Positions 45,486 to 54,004 of a stretch of DNA of 64,000 nucleotides are shown here, piece by piece. The notes beneath the pieces were generated by a model. It worked only from the letters and a program-made list of their open reading frames with translations. It was not told where the DNA came from and did no database searches. The position numbers were made by a program, and so were the translations under genes. Position 1 is the stretch's first letter. Each line of letters begins with the position of its first letter. The stretch comes from Spirochaetia bacterium (lineage in GTDB: Bacteria > Spirochaetota > Spirochaetia > CADAEX01): the NCBI GenBank assembly GCA_963662795.1, contig OY759746.1:1280001-1344000 (forward strand), read 5' to 3'.

Positions 45486-47524
45486 CCGGACTTCCTGCTG
45501 AGTATATTATCAATAATTCCTGTCAGCTCTATTAGGGAATAGGGTTTCTGAAAATAATGAAAGATATTAAGGGAATTGGCTTTTATTATATATTCATCGT
45601 TTTTTTTGTGTGAAACAATGATAAAAGGGATACTGCTTACAGAGGATTCTGACAGAAGGCCCTGTTTTATTGCGAATCCGTTTACACCCGGCACCATAAT
45701 CTCGCTCACAATTACAGAGGGTTTTTCCTTTTTTATATATTCTACTGCTTCGTTGCCGTCAGATAATATAAGTGAACTTATCCCCTTCTGGGTCAGTCTC
45801 AAAGAAAGCAGCTCCGCATATCCGGGATCAGGTTCGATTATTAAAACTGAAATTACAGGCATGGCATTATTTTCTGCTGCAGAACCTTTATCACAGATTG
45901 TATTACCACCCCTCGCTCTTGCTATCTGAATCCGGGAGAGCCCGAGAGTTATCAGGTTCTCAGGAATTTCTGTTCCTGCAAGATTGCTCTGATAAAGTTC
46001 ATAAAAATTTACTATGCCTGTTGAAACTGTTATATCCTCAATAAATACCGAAGATGAGGCTATTCTTTCCCTCAGTTTTTCCGCTGTTATCATATCGCAG
46101 CCGCCTGAACATTCCGGGATAAAATAGGCGAAAACAGGGCCGTTAAGTTTAAAAACAAAGTGCGTGCTTCTTTCATCAGCTTCAGAGATAAAGTTTCTTA
46201 TAAGATAAGCAACCCCGCGCAGCGCATCATCGCCTTCTTCTCTTCCATAGCGGCTGTTTATTCCGAAAATATCATCAAGCGATATAAAAAGAAGTGCGCT
46301 GTTTAGTTCCTTCTGTTCAGAAGTGGAAAATTCCCTGGCAATAATTGCCCGGAAAAAAACTTCATTCTTTAGGCCGGTTACAGGGCATGTCGTCATCCTC
46401 TCCTCAATCTCTTCAAGGTCTGCCTTCATCCTTTTTCTTGTACCGTGAATCCTGGCCATATTCTGATCAATTTCAATATTTTTGTTCCTGATATTAAGCA
46501 CCACTTTATTAAACGCGACAGGAAAGGAGAGGCTGTATTCCTTTGAGATCCTTCTCACCTGGGACTCAATCAGACTCAGCCACCCCATCCCTTTTTTTTC
46601 AAGCAGCACCTTGAAAAACTCTTCCCACAGGTCTGCCCCTTTTGATGCGCAGGAGTCTATCCGGCCGGTATTTTCATTAATCATAATCCCTGATCCTCTG
46701 TAGACAGAAACAACTTCATCCAGTGAGTAAATCTGGATCAGCCTGTTTAAGACATCTCCGCAGAAAAGCCTGTATACTTTCGGGTCATTTATCTGCCGCT
46801 GCTTTATATCACGGAAGGAGCCGAAGTAAAAACCGCTGACCGCTTTCAGCACTGCCGGTATATTGTCAGATATTATCCCCCCCCTTGACGGGGCTATGTG
46901 CCTTACAGGGAGCATTCTAAGTTTTTCAATTATTGATTTTACTATTCTGCTGTCAGGCATGAAATGCTCATGATAAGCGGCCAAAGGTTCAAGATGAGCT
47001 GTATTCAGGGTAATTCCTTCACTTACTGTAAAAGAGCTGAAAAGGCTTGATGAAAACAGCACTGATGACTCAGGATGAAGGACCTGTATTTCTCCGGGAG
47101 TACTCAGATATGATGCAGGAAAAAAAAGGAGCTGTTTTCCGTTTGCAAGACCATATTCCCAGTTATTTTCATTAACAATAAAAATTCCCTTCCTCCATAT
47201 ACCGCCGGAAATAAGACAACTGCACCTCCAGTGCATGGCAAGTTTTGCCTCAGGGCATTCATTTTCAAAGAGGGGAAGGGCGGAACACAAGTCAGTATCG
47301 GTTGAGGTAATTACAATCAGTACTATTTTTTCAAGAGAGACAAGAGTTTCAATTTCTTTTTTTACATTTTCAAATTCCCTGTATGGGCCTGTGTTTACAA
47401 GTACCGCTTCATCATCAGAAATAACCAGATAGATATTGGGATCAAGACTGCCCGGCAGACGCGGAGAAATTCCGACCCTGTAAATGTTTTCCGCAATACG
47501 GTATACTTCTGATTTATTTTCCAT
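45482..47524 (-). CDS. ODP/FprA-like MBL-fold domain + degenerate GGDEF + atypical REC domain protein
   Basis: NIYLV...HWR...YHEHFMP MBL/ODP scaffold; VTGLKN, INSRYGREEGDDAL and TVSTG GGDEF scaffold; C-terminal REC with MVPGVNGF and KP. Confidence 0.85.
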   Translation of the reverse strand: MENKSEVYRIAENIYRVGISPRLPGSLDPNIYLVISDDEAVLVNTGPYREFENVKKEIETLVSLEKIVLIVITSTDTDLCSALPLFENECPEAKLAMHWRCSCLISGGIWRKGIFIVNENNWEYGLANGKQLLFFPASYLSTPGEIQVLHPESSVLFSSSLFSSFTVSEGITLNTAHLEPLAAYHEHFMPDSRIVKSIIEKLRMLPVRHIAPSRGGIISDNIPAVLKAVSGFYFGSFRDIKQRQINDPKVYRLFCGDVLNRLIQIYSLDEVVSVYRGSGIMINENTGRIDSCASKGADLWEEFFKVLLEKKGMGWLSLIESQVRRISKEYSLSFPVAFNKVVLNIRNKNIEIDQNMARIHGTRKRMKADLEEIEERMTTCPVTGLKNEVFFRAIIAREFSTSEQKELNSALLFISLDDIFGINSRYGREEGDDALRGVAYLIRNFISEADERSTHFVFKLNGPVFAYFIPECSGGCDMITAEKLRERIASSSVFIEDITVSTGIVNFYELYQSNLAGTEIPENLITLGLSRIQIARARGGNTICDKGSAAENNAMPVISVLIIEPDPGYAELLSLRLTQKGISSLILSDGNEAVEYIKKEKPSVIVSEIMVPGVNGFAIKQGLLSESSVSSIPFIIVSHKKNDEYIIKANSLNIFHYFQKPYSLIELTGIIDNILSRKSG

Positions 47525-47687
47525 ACATAATAATTTTCGAGAATAATTGGTATTTCATGACCAATTTATTATTTTAGAAAGATATAGCTGCAATCCTATT
47601 ATATTATAGCATGAACTTTCTTTTATGACATAAACTATCGATATATAGAATATATGCCATTATTGGCAGAAAAATGAGGTTATCCCG

Positions 47688-49034
47688 ATGAAAATTATAA
47701 AGATATATTTTTTTACCCTTCTTTTTCTTTCTCTGACAGTTAATTATGCAGCAGCGCAGAGCAGCGCTGCAGGAGAATCAGAAATTGAGAAACTGCTTGA
47801 CCGGGGTATAAATTATGAACAGACCGGTAATCTCGACGCGGCAATAATAAACTACAGGCTTGTTCTTGAGGCAGACAGCAGCAATGTTCCGGCACAGGTC
47901 AGACTCGCCAAGCTTCTAAGCTGGCAGCTCAAGCTTGACGAAGCGCTTGCGATTCTTGATCCGCTTCTTGAGAAAAACCCTGATTTAAGCGAAGCAATTT
48001 TCAGGAAAGCCCAGATTCTAAGCTGGATGAAAAGATATGATGAATCAATTCTCCTTTACAAACGGTACCTTGAGCTTGAACCTGACAACCCCGACGGATT
48101 CGGCGGCATAGCCAGAACATATTTCTGGTCGGGGGATTATGATAACGCAGTAATATACTTCAATAAGGCTATTGAAGCAGGTTACTATAACGTAACAGAA
48201 TGCCGGCTTAACCTCGCAAAAATGTATCTAAACAGGAATGACCCTGAAAACGCAAAGAAAGAACTGGAGCTTGTTTTCTTAAAAGAACCGGAAAACAGGC
48301 AGGCAAAAGAGCTCTATTCATCTCTGCCACGTTTTATGAAATATGAAACTTCCCTGGCATTAAGGGGAGAACAATACCCTGATTCGCTTTTTGGAATTAA
48401 AGCGTCCCCGTTCTTTGTTTACAGGCCTGCTAAAAGCTGGGAAATTCTGGCAGGGTATGATTACTACGCCCTTGACGGGAAAAACGACAGTACCATGACC
48501 GCCGGGGCAGTTTTCAAGGGGCTAAAAGGGCTTTCAATCGGGAGCGAGGCCAGCATAACACCCAGTCCTGATTATTTTGAGGCATTCAATTTCACAAACT
48601 ACGTCAGCTACAGCATAACCAGAAAAACAGGCGTGGGGCTGACTGTGGAATCGCTTTTTTACAGGAACAACGAAAACCCGATACTTGAAGACGAGACACT
48701 TTATATAATTAAGCCTTCAGTAAGCTATTTTTTTACAGATATAAGCAACGCAACCGTGCAGTATATAAGCTATAAATACGCTGAAGGATTCTCAGCTTCA
48801 GCCGTATCACTCAACATCGTTATTGAATACTATAAGGACAACCCCTTGAATTTTGCACTAACCTATGGAGGGGATTATGAGTCAAAGAATAACGACCGGT
48901 CAATTTTTGAAGCCGGCGGCGGCCTGTCCTATAAATTCACAAATAATTTCGAACTTTCCTTTAGCTATAATCATGTTAAATCGGAATACAGCGATGTCAA
49001 CCAGTTTACAATCACACCTATATACAGATGGTAA
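47688..49034 (+). CDS. Exported TPR + outer-membrane beta-barrel protein (YaiO/PgaA-like)
   Basis: Signal peptide; Trp-bearing TPRs (LAKLLSW, AQILSW, ARTYFW); amphipathic beta-strands; C-terminal FTITPIYRW aromatic beta-signal. Confidence 0.8.
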   Translation: MKIIKIYFFTLLFLSLTVNYAAAQSSAAGESEIEKLLDRGINYEQTGNLDAAIINYRLVLEADSSNVPAQVRLAKLLSWQLKLDEALAILDPLLEKNPDLSEAIFRKAQILSWMKRYDESILLYKRYLELEPDNPDGFGGIARTYFWSGDYDNAVIYFNKAIEAGYYNVTECRLNLAKMYLNRNDPENAKKELELVFLKEPENRQAKELYSSLPRFMKYETSLALRGEQYPDSLFGIKASPFFVYRPAKSWEILAGYDYYALDGKNDSTMTAGAVFKGLKGLSIGSEASITPSPDYFEAFNFTNYVSYSITRKTGVGLTVESLFYRNNENPILEDETLYIIKPSVSYFFTDISNATVQYISYKYAEGFSASAVSLNIVIEYYKDNPLNFALTYGGDYESKNNDRSIFEAGGGLSYKFTNNFELSFSYNHVKSEYSDVNQFTITPIYRW

Positions 49035-49037
49035 AAA

Positions 49038-49526
49038 ATGAAAACTGTTTTTCTTGAGAAAATGCTTATTGATGCAGCTGACAAATCTTTTGAAGGGCTG
49101 CACGATGAAGCAGAAAAGATACTCCTTGATGCTGCCGGAGAATTTCCCGGCAGTTATCTTGTACACTATAACCTGGGGGTTTTATATGTGGAAAAAGGAG
49201 AACCGGAAAAAGCAATTGCAGCACTTGAACGGGCTGAAAAACTTAAAGAAAATGATTGCGATATTCTCAACGAAAAAGCCCTTGCATTCCAGATAACAGA
49301 CAATAATGAAAAGGCGATTGTTTATTATGAAAAAGCGCTTTTATACAGCGCACCGGGACATGACAGGGCTGTAATCCTGAATAATCTTGGCGCCATATAT
49401 TTTTCAGAAGATTCTTTTGTCATTGCAAAGGATTTTTTTAATAAAGCGCTTTCAGAAGACTCCCGGCTGGAAGAGGCAAGACAGAATCTGCTTCTTGTAA
49501 ATACATATCTCGGGATAATAGGCTGA
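49038..49526 (+). CDS. Small TPR protein
   Basis: HYNLGVLY, ILNEKALAF and ILNNLGAIY TPR patterns; starts 3 nt after the upstream stop. Confidence 0.85.
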   Translation: MKTVFLEKMLIDAADKSFEGLHDEAEKILLDAAGEFPGSYLVHYNLGVLYVEKGEPEKAIAALERAEKLKENDCDILNEKALAFQITDNNEKAIVYYEKALLYSAPGHDRAVILNNLGAIYFSEDSFVIAKDFFNKALSEDSRLEEARQNLLLVNTYLGIIG

Positions 49527-49570
49527 AACAGGCAGATTACGGTGAATTTTTTTCCCGGTTACAGAATAAC

Positions 49571-50494
49571 CTACAGTTTGAAAACTGTTCCTTCCACAGC
49601 AAGGCTGAAATGCATTTTTTTATTAATCTCACTGTATTTTTCATAATAGATTGAGGCAAACCGGTCAAGCTCTTCGTCTGTTCTTTCAGGATCATGGTGA
49701 GTAAGCACAAGTTCCTTTACTCCGGCAGCCGATGCAGTTTCAATTATATATTCATAGCTTGAATGTCCCCATCCCAGTTTACCGTTTTTATATTCCGCCT
49801 CTGTGTACTGCGCATCGTGAATCAGCAGGTCTGCCCCGCGGTAAAAATCAACAAGTTTCCTGTTTTCCTCCCGTGCGGCGGCTTCCCCTTCCTCTGCGGC
49901 AAGTTCGTCATAATCCGGATCATCAGGGCTCAGGGAAAAGACATTTCTGTAAGGTTCAGAGTCTGTTGCCAGACAAAAGACCTTACCCTTGTACTCGATT
50001 TTATAACCCAGGCAAAGGACAGGGTGATTGAGGTATTTTGTTGTAATTTTGACTTCATCATCAAGATAAAAAACTGTTTCCTTGAGAGGGAAATATTCTA
50101 TTTCTGCGGAAAGTTCACTTTTTATTACCGGAAAATACCTGTACTGGAACTGGCTTCCGATTATTTCGTCAATCCCCCCCTCTTCGTATGTTACAGGGCC
50201 GTAAATCTTCATTCTGGTAGTTGGGATGTAAACAGGAGTAAAAAAGGGAAATCCCATTATGTGGTCCCAGTGGGTATGGGTTATAAGCATATTGATATCA
50301 ATATTTCCGGCAGGAAGATATTTTTTTACGAGATGATTTCCGAGAAGCCTTATGCCTGAACCGCCGTCAATAATAATCTCTTTTTTATCAGGCCCCAGGT
50401 CTACGCTGAGGCAGGTTGTATTGCCGCCGTACTTTATTGTATCAGGTCCGGGACTCGGGATGGAGCCTCTTACTCCCCAAAGTTTTATTTCCAT
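49571..50494 (-). CDS. MBL-fold metallohydrolase (cyclic-nucleotide phosphodiesterase/RNase Z-like subfamily)
   Basis: WGVRGSIP, YGGNTTC, THTHWDHIMG, LNHP, TDSE, HDAQY, WGHS and HHDP; intact metal ligands. Confidence 0.9.
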   Translation of the reverse strand: MEIKLWGVRGSIPSPGPDTIKYGGNTTCLSVDLGPDKKEIIIDGGSGIRLLGNHLVKKYLPAGNIDINMLITHTHWDHIMGFPFFTPVYIPTTRMKIYGPVTYEEGGIDEIIGSQFQYRYFPVIKSELSAEIEYFPLKETVFYLDDEVKITTKYLNHPVLCLGYKIEYKGKVFCLATDSEPYRNVFSLSPDDPDYDELAAEEGEAAAREENRKLVDFYRGADLLIHDAQYTEAEYKNGKLGWGHSSYEYIIETASAAGVKELVLTHHDPERTDEELDRFASIYYEKYSEINKKMHFSLAVEGTVFKL

Positions 50495-50508
50495 CTATCA
50501 ATCCTTTA

Positions 50509-51381
50509 TTATTCCTTAAAATCAAGAAAAACACGCGCTTTCTCAAGTTCATTCAGAACAGTGTCCTTTATCCCACTGAGAATCTCTTCAGTAATGCCTG
50601 TCCTGGTAAATATTTCATTGTCAGGAACATCAACACTGAAGCCTTCAGCAAATTTGTATCCTATATTATTTGTAAAATATTCCGCTATGGCAATAGTATA
50701 AACAATATCCCTGTTTTTATCATCAGGTACAGAAAAAGGTTCATGATGATAAGCTATAACATTTTCGAGCTGTTCCCCGAGCGACCACTGCTGGGCAATA
50801 AACTGCCCCGCCAGTGCGTGGTCAAATTTAAAAACCCTTCTTTCCGCTTCAAACATTGTTTCATTTTTCTTACCGCTTTCAGCCATGATAATTTTATACT
50901 CATCACCAAAGCAGGTGATAATGGGTATTTTTCCAATATCGTGAAGCATCCCGGCAATAAAATATTCTTCAGCAGTATTACGGTCTTTTCCGGTTTCTCT
51001 GGCCAGTATCTTCGCAGCGATACCGGTGCATAGTGAATGCTGCCAGAATCTTGTCGAATTCGGCATTCCCGGGCATGTCTTGCCGCTCATAATTCCCATA
51101 ACAGAGGTGCTGAGGGCAAGATTTTTAACAGTATTCATTCCAAGCATTATTATTGCCCGGACAAGAGAGGTTACCCGGCCTGATATGCCATAATAGGCTG
51201 AATTGATCAGCTTCATAACCTTTCCCATCAGAACAGGATCAAGGCTGATAACCTTATAAAGATCCATTGGTGAAGTTCTGGGATTGTCGCAGATTTCCTT
51301 AACCTTGGTTACTGTGACAGGGAGACTGGGCATTCCTTTGATGTATTTTTCAATTATAAGGAGTCGTTCATTGTTGTCCAT
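50509..51381 (-). CDS. HDOD domain-containing protein
   Basis: MPSLP, DPVLMGKVMKLINSAYY, FWQHS, GMLHDIGK, DHALAG and YHHEP motifs. Confidence 0.92.
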   Translation of the reverse strand: MDNNERLLIIEKYIKGMPSLPVTVTKVKEICDNPRTSPMDLYKVISLDPVLMGKVMKLINSAYYGISGRVTSLVRAIIMLGMNTVKNLALSTSVMGIMSGKTCPGMPNSTRFWQHSLCTGIAAKILARETGKDRNTAEEYFIAGMLHDIGKIPIITCFGDEYKIIMAESGKKNETMFEAERRVFKFDHALAGQFIAQQWSLGEQLENVIAYHHEPFSVPDDKNRDIVYTIAIAEYFTNNIGYKFAEGFSVDVPDNEIFTRTGITEEILSGIKDTVLNELEKARVFLDFKE

Positions 51382-54004
51382 CTGATTCCCCTTCTATCTT
51401 CTCAAGAAGATGCTGCAGTTTACGGTTTACAGCTTCTCCTCCGCTGTTTTCCGGAAGGAAACTGGCAAGGTCTTTAATATAGCTGAAAGTATTTTCAATA
51501 TCGTTATTGGTAAGAATCTGCCCGCCGGTTTCTCTGACTCCGGAGGCTACCCTTGCCGCTATTTTTTCAACTGAGTCATCTTCACTGCCTGAAAGTGAGT
51601 TTAACAACCCTTTATGTCCTCTGAATCTCAGTTTGAGTGTCTCTACCTTGAGTTTCATTATGCTTTTTGTATATTTATTTTTTCTTGCGTCAACCAGAAA
51701 ATCGGTGAGTCCTTCAAGGTACTCAAGCAGGTTCGAGATATCTGCATTCACATATTCAGGATCATTTTTCAGACCCAGAAATGAAAGTCCTTCCGGCTCT
51801 TCAATCCCTTCAAATTTTTCAAGAAGCTCATCAAGATTTTCCCCGGGTTCATTTTCCTCTTCTTTGTTTTTTTCCTCTGGCATTGGCCGGGGAGGCTGCT
51901 TACGGCGTTCTATGAATGGAGGAGGGGTCTGCTGCGGAGGCGGACTGTACTGCGGCATCGGCGGGGGCTGTATAGCCGGCTGCGGCAAAGGAGAGGGCTG
52001 AAAATCCTGTAACGGGTATTCCTGCTGCGGCTGCGACTGACGGCGGCGTTCCCTAGGTGGCTGCGGATCTCTTCTCCGTTCCCGCGGAACCTGCTGCTGA
52101 TAATCATACTGAGGCGGCATGACAACCGGAGGGGAGGGGATTACAACAGGCATGGGCTGATAAATAGGCTGCTGCATCTGAGGAGCTGATTTTTCAATTG
52201 TCTCCATTACCTCTTTTCTTATTTTCTTTTCAGTCTCTTCAAAAAAACCTTCCTCATCTTCAGTATCAAAATCCTCTTCCAGGGTTTCAAGAAGATGAGT
52301 TTCCTCTTCTTCATTAATTTCGATTACCGGTTCAATCCCTCCGACATCAATAACGGGAACTTCCTCTTCATTCAGTCCGTCTACCGAACCGACAAGAAAA
52401 CTCATCGCATCCTGGGGAAGGTTTTTTTCCTGTTCCTGTTTTACATACTCTCTTACAAAATCGTTAAGCCGCTCTTCCATAACTGCGTTGTTCTGTATTT
52501 CGTATGATCTGGAGTTCTCTTCAAATGACTCAATTCCCCTGCTCAGGGATTCAATATCTATTCCAGAATCATTTTCTCCCATTTTTGACAGAACCCGCCC
52601 CGAATATTCCAGGGCTTTATCTGTCCTGCCTGTTCTTTTGTATATATCGGAATATTCAGCAACTGTATCCGGGAATTCCCTGTAATCACCCTTTAAAGAA
52701 TCAAGCACAGCAAGCGCTTCGTCATACTTTTCCTGTTCCTTGAGAACACGGCTGAGCTCAATAAGCACTTTAAGGTTTCCCGGATTATCAATGGAAATCC
52801 TGCGCAGTTCATCCTCGGCTTTATCAGGTTCTCCTTTTCTTTTGAAAAACTCCGCTTTTGCAAGTTTTATGGAAAGACTTCCCGGTGTGACAGCGTCTGC
52901 CTTATTGATATAATTTTCCGCCTTGTCAATTTCGCCTTTTTTGATATGAAATAACGCTTTAAGGGCAAAGGAAGCGGGATTATCTGTTTGAGAACTGATC
53001 ACAGAGTCAAGCAGTCCTTCCGCCTTGTCAAGTTCTCCCTTATCAATATAGACATGGGATTTGTATATCTTTATTTCAGAATCATCTGGTTTAATTGTTT
53101 CTATTCTGTTTAGCTCTTCGATGGCGCTGTCAAAATCACCGGTCTCCCTGTAAAGCTCGCTTAAGTTCAGGGAGGCCCGTTTGTATTCGGGATTGTGGGA
53201 TATCGCCTCACGGTAATAATTCCTTGCTTTTTTCTCTTCCCCGATTGATTTATAGGCAGTAGCAATATTGTTTTTTACCCTGAAATTTGCAGGTTCGATT
53301 TCAAGCGCATCGCTGAAAACCTTGATGGCTTTACCCGGCATACTTGACTTATTGTAGGCAATTCCAAGATTATTGAGGGTATCTACCCAGAGAGGCTGAT
53401 TTACAAGTGCGTGCCTGTAATTAAGTATTGCCTCATCGGAATTGCCTTTCGCATCAAGAAGTACTCCAAGGTTGTAGAGAAGCCCCGGATGATTTTCATC
53501 AATCGCAAGCCCTTTCCTTATTATTTTCTCAGCTTCTTCCGGCATATTTTTTTCGATGTAAAGAGTTCCCAGATTGTTGTGGCCCTGAACAAATTCCGGA
53601 TTTATTTTTATGGCAGACAGAAAATTTTTCTCAGCCTCATCAAGATTTCCGGCCTGTTTGTATACATTTCCAAGGTTGTAATATATATCAGCCCTGTTCT
53701 TTGCAAATCCAAGCGCTTTTTTAAGATAATGAATTGCCTGCTCTTTTTTACCAAGCTGCTTGTATATTACCCCGATGTTGCTGAAACAATCGGGATTTTC
53801 AGGAGCAATCCTGGAAGCCCTGACATAGGCACGCAGCGCCTTTTTTTTCTCATTTTTAAACGTATAAATATTGCCCAGTGTCAGATAAAGTATTTCACTG
53901 TGCGGATTTTTTTCTATTAATTGCGCTGTAATTTTCTCAGCTTCATTAAAATCTTTCAGTTTTATAAGCATCAGGGCTTTTTCAAACAGCTCTCCGTTTT
54001 TCAC
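51368..54004 (-). CDS. Large TPR protein with acidic and Pro/Gln-rich disordered region
   Basis: More than ten TPRs (YYNLGNVY, HNNLGTLY, LNNLGIAY), then an EEEE-rich tract and PQ-rich tract, and a helical C-terminal domain. Confidence 0.88.
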   Translation of the reverse strand: MKNGELFEKALMLIKLKDFNEAEKITAQLIEKNPHSEILYLTLGNIYTFKNEKKKALRAYVRASRIAPENPDCFSNIGVIYKQLGKKEQAIHYLKKALGFAKNRADIYYNLGNVYKQAGNLDEAEKNFLSAIKINPEFVQGHNNLGTLYIEKNMPEEAEKIIRKGLAIDENHPGLLYNLGVLLDAKGNSDEAILNYRHALVNQPLWVDTLNNLGIAYNKSSMPGKAIKVFSDALEIEPANFRVKNNIATAYKSIGEEKKARNYYREAISHNPEYKRASLNLSELYRETGDFDSAIEELNRIETIKPDDSEIKIYKSHVYIDKGELDKAEGLLDSVISSQTDNPASFALKALFHIKKGEIDKAENYINKADAVTPGSLSIKLAKAEFFKRKGEPDKAEDELRRISIDNPGNLKVLIELSRVLKEQEKYDEALAVLDSLKGDYREFPDTVAEYSDIYKRTGRTDKALEYSGRVLSKMGENDSGIDIESLSRGIESFEENSRSYEIQNNAVMEERLNDFVREYVKQEQEKNLPQDAMSFLVGSVDGLNEEEVPVIDVGGIEPVIEINEEEETHLLETLEEDFDTEDEEGFFEETEKKIRKEVMETIEKSAPQMQQPIYQPMPVVIPSPPVVMPPQYDYQQQVPRERRRDPQPPRERRRQSQPQQEYPLQDFQPSPLPQPAIQPPPMPQYSPPPQQTPPPFIERRKQPPRPMPEEKNKEEENEPGENLDELLEKFEGIEEPEGLSFLGLKNDPEYVNADISNLLEYLEGLTDFLVDARKNKYTKSIMKLKVETLKLRFRGHKGLLNSLSGSEDDSVEKIAARVASGVRETGGQILTNNDIENTFSYIKDLASFLPENSGGEAVNRKLQHLLEKIEGESDGQQ

